Assembly: GCA_963837955.1 (NCBI GenBank) | Contig: CAWIPH010000001.1 | Span: forward strand, 352,001 to 416,000 | Reading direction: 5' to 3' | DNA: 64,000 nucleotides | Origin: an uncultured Verrucomicrobiae bacterium | Lineage (GTDB): Bacteria; Verrucomicrobiota; Verrucomicrobiia; Chthoniobacterales; JAFAMB01 | Shown: positions 47,744 through 57,748 of the stretch, piece after piece | Layout of the letters: each line of letters begins with the position of its first letter | How positions within the stretch are numbered: position 1 is the stretch's first letter | Position numbers and translations under genes: made by a program | The notes under the pieces: generated by a model | What the model saw: the letters and a program-made list of their open reading frames with translations, nothing else | What the model was told of the DNA's origin: nothing | The model's database searches: none

Positions 47744-49081
47744 TCATTGCGCTAGCGGTTTCTTGCCATCGTAATAACCCGCATCTTTCAGTACGGCCTC
47801 GGTTCGAGTGCCGATCTCATCGGAACCCTGTTTCACCGATACCTGATTCAACATCATCTTCGTACCCCATTCAGCAATGATGTCTGTCAATTTGGACCAT
47901 TCGGAGAATCGCGGCCGATACTCTGGTACGCCCTGCTGCCACGAGTCGAGCATCGGTTTAATGAACGGATATTTCGCCAACAAAGCGGGATCTTTATAGG
48001 TCGATTGCCGGCCACTGATACCGCCGGCTTCGACATATTGCTTTCCGATCTCTTTGCCTGTGGCCCATTGGATAAACAACCAAGCCGCCGCCTTTTGTTT
48101 GTCGTTGGCCTGACTGGCTACTGCGAGCGAGAAGCCGCCGAGCGCCGGCTTTCGGCCGTCTGGTCCTTTCGGTTCTGGCGCGACGCCAAGCTTGTCGACG
48201 ATTTTGGAGCTCTTCGGATCAACTAGAGTGGAATAAAACGCCGACCATTCCGTGATCATGGCGACGTTTCCCTGGGCCAAAGCGTTCACTGCATCGCTGT
48301 GGTCGTAGTCCACGATTCCCTGCGGCATATACTTTTCTAAGGACTGCCGGAAGTTCAGACCTTCCTGGCTCTTGGGGCTGCCCAAATTCGAGTGGAATTT
48401 GGCATCCAAAAGGGATCCACCCCATGGCCAAAGGAAGCGCATAAAGCTATCACACGATTGCGTTTCTCCTCGTCTGGATTGAAGGGCGAAAGCATACTTG
48501 CCCTCCTTGGTCAGCTTCGGCGCATAGGTGTTGATCAGCTCGTCCCAGGTTTCAGGCGGCTTGTCGAAACCGGCGGCCTTGAGCATGTCCTTGTTGTAGT
48601 AAAGGAGCCCTGAGTAGTTGTCGAAAGGGGGACCGTAGACTTTGCCTTGCCAGGTCCCGAAAGCGTTTAGGATCAGCGGGATAAAGTCGTTAATGTCAAA
48701 ATTCGGATCGATGATATCGGGATACTTCTTCTTGATCTCTTCGAACGGTACAATCCAGCCGGCCTCAGCAAATTCACCAATCCAAACGAGGTCAACTAAG
48801 GCAACAGTTAACTCACCGTTCGAACTGAAATCGAGTTCCTCTTTCTCGCGCGTGTTTTCGTAGGGAACAGTCTGGTACTTGATTTTGATCCCGGTCCTCT
48901 TTTCGAAGTCCGGAAGCAACTTGATGATTGCGTTGTATCCGGGTCGATCGAGGAAAATCACGGAAACTTCCGTGCCGCTGTAGGGTTTAGCCGCTTCTTC
49001 GAGCGACCAGGCGCCAGCAACGTTGGCGCTGGCGGATAGCAAGGTAACTCCGCAAAGGAAGTTACAGAAAATTTTTCTCAT
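47744..49081 (-). CDS. Sugar/polyol ABC transporter substrate-binding protein
   Basis: Signal peptide from MRKIFC, LYYNKDML...PPETWDEL and AAWLFIQW. Confidence 0.92.
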   Translation of the reverse strand: MRKIFCNFLCGVTLLSASANVAGAWSLEEAAKPYSGTEVSVIFLDRPGYNAIIKLLPDFEKRTGIKIKYQTVPYENTREKEELDFSSNGELTVALVDLVWIGEFAEAGWIVPFEEIKKKYPDIIDPNFDINDFIPLILNAFGTWQGKVYGPPFDNYSGLLYYNKDMLKAAGFDKPPETWDELINTYAPKLTKEGKYAFALQSRRGETQSCDSFMRFLWPWGGSLLDAKFHSNLGSPKSQEGLNFRQSLEKYMPQGIVDYDHSDAVNALAQGNVAMITEWSAFYSTLVDPKSSKIVDKLGVAPEPKGPDGRKPALGGFSLAVASQANDKQKAAAWLFIQWATGKEIGKQYVEAGGISGRQSTYKDPALLAKYPFIKPMLDSWQQGVPEYRPRFSEWSKLTDIIAEWGTKMMLNQVSVKQGSDEIGTRTEAVLKDAGYYDGKKPLAQ

Positions 49082-49648
49082 GGATAAATGGGGGAAATTA
49101 GGATTTGCAGCGGTCGGCTGCTTCTCTTGCACATTCACTTGTGCCAGTTGGCAATCCAAAGCAGGGGAGGCTTCATTTTGGAGCTCCCGTCTCGGATCGA
49201 TAGCAATAGCGGTTACAGAGAACCGATTTCGGGTTTAAATGGATCTCGATGCGCGACTTGGATGGTCGGTTTACCTCCTTTCCGGCGGGTGAGGGGTGAT
49301 TCCGCATGAACGTTCATTCTATGGTGCCAAAACATTCGGTTTCAGAGAAACTAGATCGTTGCAGTATGCATAGTTTCGGAAAACGTGAAAATGCTTTATG
49401 CAAATTTCTGAAACGCTTTTATCGGGCCGCAGAAACAAGCGTCTCGAAGTAAAAAAGAGCCGTACGCCGTTATCGATCACGAGATCGGATCGGCAGTAAT
49501 CTCAAGATGAGTTTATGGAAGATTTGGGTCCCGTGCGGACTGAGCGAAAGTAGCCCTGCAATTCAGTCGAAAATAGGCCAATTTGAACCTTCTATTAAGC
49601 CAGCGCCGGTCGCATCGAAGCCAATAAAGAAACGTCTGCTCTTCCCAC

Positions 49649-51583
49649 GTGAGTCTCATGCATAGTTCCGTCACTGAAGCCGAACAGTTTGAAAAGATTC
49701 GTACCAAAGTCTTCGCAGGTTCAGAGCCTGCAGTCAGCGAATTGGCATCCATTATCTCGGATTTAGTCCGGCAACGCCAAACCGAGAATCGTCGAGCGGT
49801 TCTCGGGTTGGCCACGGGCTCGACACCCGTGAAGCTATACCAGGAGCTGATTCGGTTGCATCGAGAGGATGGGCTTTCGTTCCAAAACGTCGTGACCTTC
49901 AACCTCGATGAATATTACGGCCTCCCTCCCGAGCATCCGGAGAGCTACCGGCATTTCATGGAAGTCCAACTTTTCCGCCATGTCGACCTGTCGGCCAGCC
50001 AGGTCCATGTGCCCGACGGCTTGGTGGAGCGGGACAAGGTGTTCGAATATTGTGCTGATTATGAGGCCCAGATCGAGGAAGCCGGCGGGATAGACATCCA
50101 GATCGTTGGGATCGGTCGAACCGGCCACATCGGGTTTAATGAACCAGGGTCAGGACCTGACTCTCTCACGCGAATGGTGGCCCTCGATCGCTTGACCCGG
50201 CGTGATGCCGCCCGGGATTTTCGCGGCGAAGCCAACGTCCCGGCGTACGCGATTACGATGGGAATCGGTACGATACTCCAGGCCCGTCAGATCCTACTGC
50301 TTGCTTGGGGCGAATCTAAGGCGCCCATTCTTCGCGCCGCAATTGAAGGGCCTGAGACCGATGCTGTGCCGGCCAGCTTCCTGCAACGCCATCCCGATTG
50401 CGGTTGCTATATTGATCAAGCTGCGGCTAACGAATTAACGCGCTTCCGAACTCCTTGGAAAGTCGGTCCGGTTAAGTGGGATCGAAACCTCACTCGAAAA
50501 GCCGTAGCCTGGCTCGCCGGTGAGCGCAAGAAACCCGTCCTCAGGCTGGGGGACGGAGATTACACCGAGAACGCTCTCGCTCCGCTCTTGGTCGAGACGG
50601 GCTCTGCTTACGGCCTCAACATCAGGATTTTTAACGAGCTCCAGCACACCATCACCGGTTGGCCGGGAGGTAAGCCGAAGGCCGATGATACAAATCGTCC
50701 TGTCCCAGCTGAGCCGCCCCTGAAACGAGTGCTGGTGCTGAGCCCGGAGCCGTTGGACGCAGAAATCGGGATGGCTGGCACTCTTCATCGGCTTGTCAGC
50801 CAAGGACATGACGTTACCCTAGCTTATCTCACTTCGGGTAATCTCAGCGTGCCGGATGCGGAGGCTCGAATGGCGTTCAGTCTTTTGCACGAGCTCGGAG
50901 TATCTCAGCCAGGTTCTCTCGTATCGCTCGATGCATTGGCCGAGGAGACGGAGAAGAAAGCCCCCTTTGATGAGGACAGCCGGGAGCTGCGCCGGTTCAA
51001 AGGCTTGATCCGAAGGGCAGAGGCGCGCGCGTCTTGCCAAATACTTTCCCTGGATCTGGAACGAGTTCGTTTCCTTGACCTCCCCTTTTATGAGCAGGGA
51101 CGGTATCGGCAGTTCCGGTGGAGTTCTGATGATGTTGAGTCGATCGTAAGCCTGGTCCGCTTTGTTCAACCCGATCAGATCTACCTGACGGGTGCTGGTG
51201 CAGATCCCAGTAGTGTTTCCGGCATAGCCTTCCAACTTGGCTCCGTAGCGTTACGGGCTTGCTCCAATGAGCCTTGGTTTTCCCGTTGCCAGGTTTGGCT
51301 CTACGCGTCGAACGAGCGGCCATGGCCTCCGCACGAAATCGATATGGCCGTACCATTGAGCCCTGCCGAACTCGCCATCAAACTAGATTGTCTCTATCAC
51401 CATCGCTCCCAGCGGAGCCAGACTCCATTTACTGAGACCCAGGCGGGCGAGGGCTGGCAGCAGGCCGAGCAGATAAACCGGGCGACAGCGCAAGAATACG
51501 ATCGGCTCGGATTGGCCGAATACGAGGCGATTGAGTCCTTTCGCGCGCAAAAAGAAAGCGCGGTACACACTCGGCTGCGATAG
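49649..51583 (+). CDS. nagB: Glucosamine-6-phosphate deaminase fused to a PIG-L/LmbE-like domain
   Basis: LGLATGSTP, FNLDEY, GIGRTGHIGFNEPG; C-terminal ITGWPGGKP...TSGN...IDMAVPLSP...HRSQ. Confidence 0.9.
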   Translation: MSLMHSSVTEAEQFEKIRTKVFAGSEPAVSELASIISDLVRQRQTENRRAVLGLATGSTPVKLYQELIRLHREDGLSFQNVVTFNLDEYYGLPPEHPESYRHFMEVQLFRHVDLSASQVHVPDGLVERDKVFEYCADYEAQIEEAGGIDIQIVGIGRTGHIGFNEPGSGPDSLTRMVALDRLTRRDAARDFRGEANVPAYAITMGIGTILQARQILLLAWGESKAPILRAAIEGPETDAVPASFLQRHPDCGCYIDQAAANELTRFRTPWKVGPVKWDRNLTRKAVAWLAGERKKPVLRLGDGDYTENALAPLLVETGSAYGLNIRIFNELQHTITGWPGGKPKADDTNRPVPAEPPLKRVLVLSPEPLDAEIGMAGTLHRLVSQGHDVTLAYLTSGNLSVPDAEARMAFSLLHELGVSQPGSLVSLDALAEETEKKAPFDEDSRELRRFKGLIRRAEARASCQILSLDLERVRFLDLPFYEQGRYRQFRWSSDDVESIVSLVRFVQPDQIYLTGAGADPSSVSGIAFQLGSVALRACSNEPWFSRCQVWLYASNERPWPPHEIDMAVPLSPAELAIKLDCLYHHRSQRSQTPFTETQAGEGWQQAEQINRATAQEYDRLGLAEYEAIESFRAQKESAVHTRLR

Positions 51584-51717
51584 TGCGCACGTTCGTTAAG
51601 GACACGGCGCAAGCCAACGGTCGAAAACAGCTGCCTTCCGTCGCCAGCGGTCGCCATCTTCGAGAGGCCTCTGGATAGGCTTGCCGCCTCTGGCGGTTCT
51701 CGGTATGTCGATCGCGT

Positions 51718-52518
51718 ATGCGAAGAGTTCTTTTGGTTCTCGCCGGTGGCTTGAGTCTTGCGATCCCAATCCTGGCCGATCAGACGATCGAGCATCCGGA
51801 ATGGAAGTCGTATTTCGATGCCAATGGTGCTGAGGGAACAATGGTCGTGACGGATCTCGTGAAGGGTGACACCCACGTTTATAATCCAAAACGGGCAATT
51901 GAACCTTTTATCCCGGCATCTACCTATAAGATCCCTCACTCATTGATCGCTCTGGAGACCGGTGTCGTGAAAGATGAAAACCAACGCTTTCATTGGGATG
52001 GTCAAAAGCACTGGGTCGAGGCCTGGAATCGTGATCAAACGTTTCGGAGCGCTTTAAAGTATTCGGTCGTCTGGGTATACCAGGACATTGCTCGCCAAGT
52101 GGGGGAACAGCGCGAGTCCGAGTACCTCAAGAAATTTGCTTACGGAAACGAAGATGTTTCGGGCGGGGTTGATCATTTCTGGCTGGATGGCCCCCTGCGA
52201 ATCACTGCTATGCAACAGATCGAGTTTCTGAAGAAGCTCTTTCTTAATCAGCTACCAGTCAGTGAACGTAGCATCTTGGTTGTCAAAGATATGCTAATCA
52301 ATGAAGCCAACTCAAAATACATCCTTCGTGCTAAGACCGGTTGGAGTGATGCCCGGACGCCGGCAATTGGATGGTGGGTTGGTTGGGTCGAAACGGATGA
52401 CGATACCTATTTCTTTGCGTTGAATCTTGACATAACCAAGAATGAAGACGCGCCGAAACGGATGATCGTTGCGCGGGCGTGCCTGGCGTCACTGGGTATC
52501 TTAGCGGCGGACAAATAG
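51718..52518 (+). CDS. Class D (OXA-type) beta-lactamase
   Basis: Signal peptide; STYK, SVV, YGN, FWLDG, KTG and GWWVGW motifs. Confidence 0.92.
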   Translation: MRRVLLVLAGGLSLAIPILADQTIEHPEWKSYFDANGAEGTMVVTDLVKGDTHVYNPKRAIEPFIPASTYKIPHSLIALETGVVKDENQRFHWDGQKHWVEAWNRDQTFRSALKYSVVWVYQDIARQVGEQRESEYLKKFAYGNEDVSGGVDHFWLDGPLRITAMQQIEFLKKLFLNQLPVSERSILVVKDMLINEANSKYILRAKTGWSDARTPAIGWWVGWVETDDDTYFFALNLDITKNEDAPKRMIVARACLASLGILAADK

Positions 52519-52647
52519 TTTTTGGCCTGATCGAAAGAGTGTCGATGCCGCTCGGTCGGAGGCCGGCAACAGGGGTTCTTCCTGCCAAAGATGTTGCCTG
52601 TCGATTGTGCCGACCGACGAAGCCTTCGCCCCATTAAAATCTCTCCC

Positions 52648-53460
52648 TCAAACCGGCGCGACCCTCATCCTCGCTTCCAGATGTTCCGGCTCGAGTCTGT
52701 CGAACGCGTCGAGAAATTGAATGCGAAAGCTGCCAGGTCCTTCGGTGCGGGAATGCTCGGCGGCGAGTTCGCCCACGATATCCATCACGATCACGGCCGA
52801 GACGGCGGCTGCTAGAGGGTTCGGACTCACGGTGAGGAACGCAGCAATGATGGCCGTGGCGACGCAACCCGAACCGGTGATTCGCGCCATCAACGGATGC
52901 CCATTGTCAACGGCGATGACGGTATCGCCGTCAGAAAGATAATCGATCGGGCCACTGGCTACTGCAACCGTTCCCAGACGTTTGGCCAGTTGGCGAACTG
53001 CCGCGGCAGCTTGGTCTGACGATTCAGCGGCGTCGACGCCGCGCGCGACCGAAGGAAGACCCGCGAGGGCTGCGATTTCAGCCTGATTTCCGCGGATAAC
53101 TGCAGACGGCACGATCTGCAAAAGGCGGTCAGCTAGTTTGCGGCGAAGCTCTGTGGCGCCAACTGCAACGGGATCGAGCACGATCGGAATCCGCTTGGTT
53201 TTGGCAGCTTGAGCAGCTAACGCCATGGCTTCGGCGGTCCTTGACGTCGGCGTTCCAATGTTCAGATTGAGAGCGTTCGCCAGGCCGACCAATTCGGTGA
53301 TCTCTTCGAGCGCGTCAGACATGATCGGAGACGCTCCCAACGCTAGCAACGCATTGGCCGTGAACTCTTGCACAACCGAATTGGTCAGAGAGAGAATTAA
53401 AGGGGTAGTCTCTCGAACCTTGCGAAAATCAGCCCAGACGCGTTCGGCGGTAATAACCAT
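52648..53460 (-). CDS. thiM: Hydroxyethylthiazole kinase
   Basis: TANALLALGASPIM, LNIGT, VLDPVAVGAT, IRGNQAEI and ITGSGC. Confidence 0.95.
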   Translation of the reverse strand: MVITAERVWADFRKVRETTPLILSLTNSVVQEFTANALLALGASPIMSDALEEITELVGLANALNLNIGTPTSRTAEAMALAAQAAKTKRIPIVLDPVAVGATELRRKLADRLLQIVPSAVIRGNQAEIAALAGLPSVARGVDAAESSDQAAAAVRQLAKRLGTVAVASGPIDYLSDGDTVIAVDNGHPLMARITGSGCVATAIIAAFLTVSPNPLAAAVSAVIVMDIVGELAAEHSRTEGPGSFRIQFLDAFDRLEPEHLEARMRVAPV

Positions 53461-53598
53461 TGCGAAAAATAAACGCGGTTACGTTCTAATTTTCAAAAGG
53501 AGGCTGCACTTATTCGCCTAATTCGATTTCGAGCGATTTGGACGATTCCGGGTTAAATTTCGCGCAACTCGCCTCTAGGGAGGCGACCCCTCAACGAT

Positions 53599-54663
53599 AT
53601 GCAATCAGCCCAATCCGCACCCAATCCTGAGCGCCTCATGCAACTCGCATTTGGTTTCGCACCGCCGCTGTTCCTGCAAACGGCTGTCGAACTAAAACTT
53701 TTCGACTTGATTGACCAGGCTCCGAGGAGCTTGGAAGAGTTGAGCTCTGAGACTGGGGCGTCTCTTCGGGGATTGCGCGCGCTGCTGAATGCCCTGGTCG
53801 GCTTTGAATTTCTCAGTAGGAACGATGATGGGCGTTACGCGCTCACCCCGGAAAGCGAAACGTTTCTGGTGCGGAACAAACCGGCCTATCGGGGCGACTT
53901 CTTCACCTTCGTCCCGGGAATGATTCAGCATTGGCTAAATCTGAAAGAAGTGGTGAAGAGCGGCGAGCCGGTGGTCACGGTGAATTCCGAGCAAGAGGGA
54001 GCAGAATTTTTCCGCGAATTTGTAAAGTCTCTATTCAGCATCAATTTCGCGCCCGCCACGACGCTCGCGGCGGAGCTCAAAGGAAAACGAGAAGTTAGCG
54101 ATATTCTGGATTTAGCGGCCGGCTCCGGAGTTTGGGGGATCGTACTCGCAGAAGAGTTCCCGCAGGCTCGAGTGACCGCGGTTGATTTTCCGGCCGTTTT
54201 GGAGGTTACCAAAGAGACGGCGGAAAAGCGGGGGGTGGCAGACCGATTTCATTTTTCCGCTGGGGACCTACTAGAGGCCGATTTCGGCGTCCACCATGAT
54301 GTGGCGGTGCTTGGACACATCTTACACACCGAAGGAGAAAAAAGGAGTCGCCAGCTTTTACGGAAAGTGTTCACTTCCTTAGCGCCCGGCGGAACAATTG
54401 CTATCGCCGAATGGCTGGTGAACGAAGCACGCACTGCTCCTCCGCCCTCCCTTATTTTTGCGGTTAACATGTTGGTTCATTCGAAGGAAGGGGACACCTT
54501 TTCATTTGAAGAAATCAGCAGCTGGCTTTCCGAAGCCGGATTCCGCGAGGCTCGTCTGCTCGAGGCTCCTGCGGTTTCGCCGCTTATTCTTGCGACCAAG
54601 CCATGGGTTGCGAGCTTTGTGGGCGATGTGATAGCCGGGACAGGTTTCCGCTCTTTTTGTTGA
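53599..54663 (+). CDS. SAM-dependent O-methyltransferase with dimerisation domain
   Basis: N-terminal wHTH-like domain, LDLAAGSG, GDLL and GHILH. Confidence 0.9.
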   Translation: MQSAQSAPNPERLMQLAFGFAPPLFLQTAVELKLFDLIDQAPRSLEELSSETGASLRGLRALLNALVGFEFLSRNDDGRYALTPESETFLVRNKPAYRGDFFTFVPGMIQHWLNLKEVVKSGEPVVTVNSEQEGAEFFREFVKSLFSINFAPATTLAAELKGKREVSDILDLAAGSGVWGIVLAEEFPQARVTAVDFPAVLEVTKETAEKRGVADRFHFSAGDLLEADFGVHHDVAVLGHILHTEGEKRSRQLLRKVFTSLAPGGTIAIAEWLVNEARTAPPPSLIFAVNMLVHSKEGDTFSFEEISSWLSEAGFREARLLEAPAVSPLILATKPWVASFVGDVIAGTGFRSFC

Positions 54664-54700
54664 TCGCTCGACAGATTTTGCGGCGCGTGAAACCTTCGCT

Positions 54701-55279
54701 ATGCGTATTTGCGTTTTCTGTGGATCCAGTCCTGGTAACGACTCGACCTATGCGGACGCGGCTCGGCGGGTCGGCCAAGCGCTCGCCGCCCAAGGATGTG
54801 AGCTGGTGTACGGCGGGGGACGAGCCGGGCTGATGGGAGTTGTTGCCGATGCGGCGTTGGCTGCCGGAGGCAAAGTGATCGGCGTAATTCCGCGTGCCCT
54901 GGTGGATCAAGAAGTAGCGCACACCGGGCTCACCCAATTGCTCATCGTTCAGACCATGCATGAACGAAAAGCGAAAATGGCGGAACTCTCCGACGGCTTT
55001 GTCGCTCTACCCGGTGGTGTCGGTACCTTGGAAGAAATCTTTGAACAATGGGTTTGGGCTCGACTCGGCATCCACCAGAAACCGTGTGCCTTCCTGGACA
55101 TAAATGGGTTCTTCGAACCGATCCAGGCGATGGCCGACCAAATGGTTCAGGCAGGATTCATGCTTCGCGAACACACCGAGATAGTTACTTTTGCCTCGGA
55201 CCTCGAACAGATCCTGGAGGCATTCCGCGATTACCGACCGCCTCCCGCTAGACGGTTTCGTGGTAGAGCGGAAGTCTGA
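54701..55279 (+). CDS. LOG family nucleotide phosphoribohydrolase
   Basis: CVFCGSS, LVYGGG, MHERKAKM and PGGVGTLEE. Confidence 0.95.
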   Translation: MRICVFCGSSPGNDSTYADAARRVGQALAAQGCELVYGGGRAGLMGVVADAALAAGGKVIGVIPRALVDQEVAHTGLTQLLIVQTMHERKAKMAELSDGFVALPGGVGTLEEIFEQWVWARLGIHQKPCAFLDINGFFEPIQAMADQMVQAGFMLREHTEIVTFASDLEQILEAFRDYRPPPARRFRGRAEV

Positions 55280-55473
55280 TCCGACAGGCGCCGGATCGGC
55301 TTGCCGCTTCCGCAGCTACGGCGCGCCTTAGCAGTGTGTTTTGAGGAACACCACCGATCCGGTCGCGCCATAGATTTCCGCCGTCGCTGCGCTATGGCGC
55401 GACAAGTTTGGGTTGTCGGGTCTTCGCGCTACCGGTCAGGGGTTAGCGCCCTTTTCAGATCTTGGATTTCGCG

Positions 55474-55854
55474 TCAATTTCCGTGCTGAATCAGCTCGAC
55501 CTCATAACCCTCGGGAGCATCGACAAAGGCAATCATGCCGCCGGAGCCTGTTTTGGTCGGACCGTCGCTCAGAGGATAACCTTTGGCTGCGGCATGCTTT
55601 GCGAATGCTTCGAGATCGTCGACCTCAAAAGCCAAATGAGTAATGTCCCTGCCAACGTTCACCGGACCGCTTTCGTCGAATTTGCAGAGCTCAATCTCTT
55701 CTTCGCTGCCAGGCACTTTTAAAAATACCAGCTGCGAACCACGCGGCGAAGTGTGCCGGCGTATTTCCTTCAATCCGAGGACGTCCTTATAGAAAGAAAC
55801 GGTCTTTTCCAGGTCGGAGACGCGATAACGGGTGTGGAGAAGCTTCTTAACCAT
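55474..55854 (-). CDS. VOC family/lactoylglutathione lyase
   Basis: LLHTRYRVSDL, HLAFEVDD and AFVDAPEGYEVE. Confidence 0.88.
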   Translation of the reverse strand: MVKKLLHTRYRVSDLEKTVSFYKDVLGLKEIRRHTSPRGSQLVFLKVPGSEEEIELCKFDESGPVNVGRDITHLAFEVDDLEAFAKHAAAKGYPLSDGPTKTGSGGMIAFVDAPEGYEVELIQHGN

Positions 55855-56093
55855 TCGAAAAAATGGCACGGACGCAGCAAATTCCAACCGGCCAACTGAG
55901 CAAAACTTTATTCTGAGATTGCAATCAGGCCGGTTTCCCAGAGTTCAATGCTCGGAATCCGCTCGACCCGACGCAATTCTGGCGGCTAATAACCATGTCG
56001 CGATCGGCGGTAACCAACGTAAAATAAATTTCGGGTCGAACCTCAATAGGCGTTTGTCGGGTTCCATCCATCTGTGGCACTCTTCAATTCTCT

Positions 56094-57593
56094 ATGCTCT
56101 ATCTCGGCATCGATAGCGGAACCCAAAGCACCAAGTCGATAGTCCTGGATCTCGTATCCGGTGAAATTCTGGCGAGTGCCCAAAAATCTTATGATCTCGT
56201 TCCAGGTCTTCCGCCGGGGCACATGGAGCAGGATCCGCAGGAATGGCTTGATGCGACTGAGGCAACGATCAAGGAATGCTTGGAGAAGATCGGATCGCGA
56301 AAGGCTCAGGTGAGAGCGATCGGTGTCAGTGGCCAGCAGCATGGGCTGGTCGTATTGAACGATGCAAATGAGGTCATTCGTCCTGCTAAGCTCTGGAGTG
56401 ACACCTCGACCGTAAAACAGTGCGCCGAGATTATTGAAGAATTCGGCGGCGACGCTGCCCTTATCAAGCTCATGGGTAATACGATGTTACCTGCTTGGAC
56501 CGCCTCGAAAATCCTGTGGCTAAAGGAAAATGAGCCGGAAAATTACTCCTCCGCAAAAAGCATTCTGCTTCCGCATGATTACATCAATTTCTGGCTGACC
56601 GGCGAAAAACGCATGGAGTACGGAGATGCTTCCGGAACCGGGCTTCTTGATATCCGCACTCGCCGTTGGTGTGAGCCGGTATTGGAGTTTATCGATCCAG
56701 ATCTTGCCGAAATGCTTCCTTCCCTCGGTTCGTCCCGCCAGGCCGTCGGCCTTTTACGGGAGAATTTGCGAGAAGCCTGGGGCTTGTCCAATTCGCCTAT
56801 CGTTTCTGCTGGTGGGGGCGACAACATGATGGGGGCAATCGGAACGGGCAACGTGCACAGCGGGGTGGTAACAGCCAGCCTGGGTACCTCCGGCACGATT
56901 TACGCCTTCTCCCCTCAGCCGGTCGTCGACGCCCAGGGGGAAGTCGCAGCCTTTTGCGACAGCACCGATAACTGGCTGCCGTTGATCTGCACGATGAATG
57001 TGACCGTGGCGACTGAACAGGTACGTAAGTTGTTCGGATGGGAGATCGCCAAACTCAACGAAGCGGTTGCAACTGTCCCCCCCGGGTCGGATGGCCTGAT
57101 TTTCCTTCCGTATCTGACCGGCGAGCGAACTCCTAATCTCCCGCACGGAGTCGGCGTTTTTCATGGCCTGACTCCGGCAAATTTCACTCCAGCGCATTTG
57201 GCTAGGGCTGCCATCGAGGGCGCCACTTTAGGATTGGCCTATGGCCTGAATCGTTACCGGCAGCTCGGCATCAAACCAAGCGAAATCCGGCTAACCGGTG
57301 GCGGAAGCCGCAGTGCTGTTTGGCGTCAGATCTGTGCAGACGTTTTCCGCGTACCCGTTGTTTGCCTGGCCACCGCCGAAGGGGCCGCTCTCGGCGCTGC
57401 TTTACACTCCGCTTGGGTCGATCATTTGGTGAACAATAAATCCAGCAACCTAAATGACTTGGTCGCCCAATGCGTCAAGCTGGACGAAACATCGCGGGCG
57501 GTTCCGGTGACCGCGACAGCCGACGTTTATCAGGAGATATTCGGGCGATTTAGGGGGCTCACCCAACGGCTTGCGACCGGGGGCTACCTTTGA
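56094..57593 (+). CDS. xylB: Xylulokinase
   Basis: GIDSGTQSTK, SGQQHG, GGGDN, SLGTSG and GERTP. Confidence 0.92.
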   Translation: MLYLGIDSGTQSTKSIVLDLVSGEILASAQKSYDLVPGLPPGHMEQDPQEWLDATEATIKECLEKIGSRKAQVRAIGVSGQQHGLVVLNDANEVIRPAKLWSDTSTVKQCAEIIEEFGGDAALIKLMGNTMLPAWTASKILWLKENEPENYSSAKSILLPHDYINFWLTGEKRMEYGDASGTGLLDIRTRRWCEPVLEFIDPDLAEMLPSLGSSRQAVGLLRENLREAWGLSNSPIVSAGGGDNMMGAIGTGNVHSGVVTASLGTSGTIYAFSPQPVVDAQGEVAAFCDSTDNWLPLICTMNVTVATEQVRKLFGWEIAKLNEAVATVPPGSDGLIFLPYLTGERTPNLPHGVGVFHGLTPANFTPAHLARAAIEGATLGLAYGLNRYRQLGIKPSEIRLTGGGSRSAVWRQICADVFRVPVVCLATAEGAALGAALHSAWVDHLVNNKSSNLNDLVAQCVKLDETSRAVPVTATADVYQEIFGRFRGLTQRLATGGYL

Positions 57594-57596
57594 AAC

Positions 57597-57743
57597 GGTT
57601 ACATGTTACAGGTTAGAAGTTGCAGGTTGCGGGTTCTCTGGCCGCGCCGGAGGAAAATAACATGAACTATGAACGTGGATGAAAGATTCGAAGACCCAAA
57701 CTGTAACTTCTAACCTGCAACCTGTAACCTCTACCTTGTAACC
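57597..57743. repeat. Inverted pair of heptamer arrays (GGTTACA-type / TGTAACC-type)
   Basis: Five units at 57597-57631 and six reverse units at 57702-57743. Confidence 0.8.
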
Positions 57744-57748
57744 GCTTC

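Noticed and set aside
53461..53598. TPP riboswitch upstream of thiM
   Set aside because: The conserved CTGAGA core is not seen on the minus strand.
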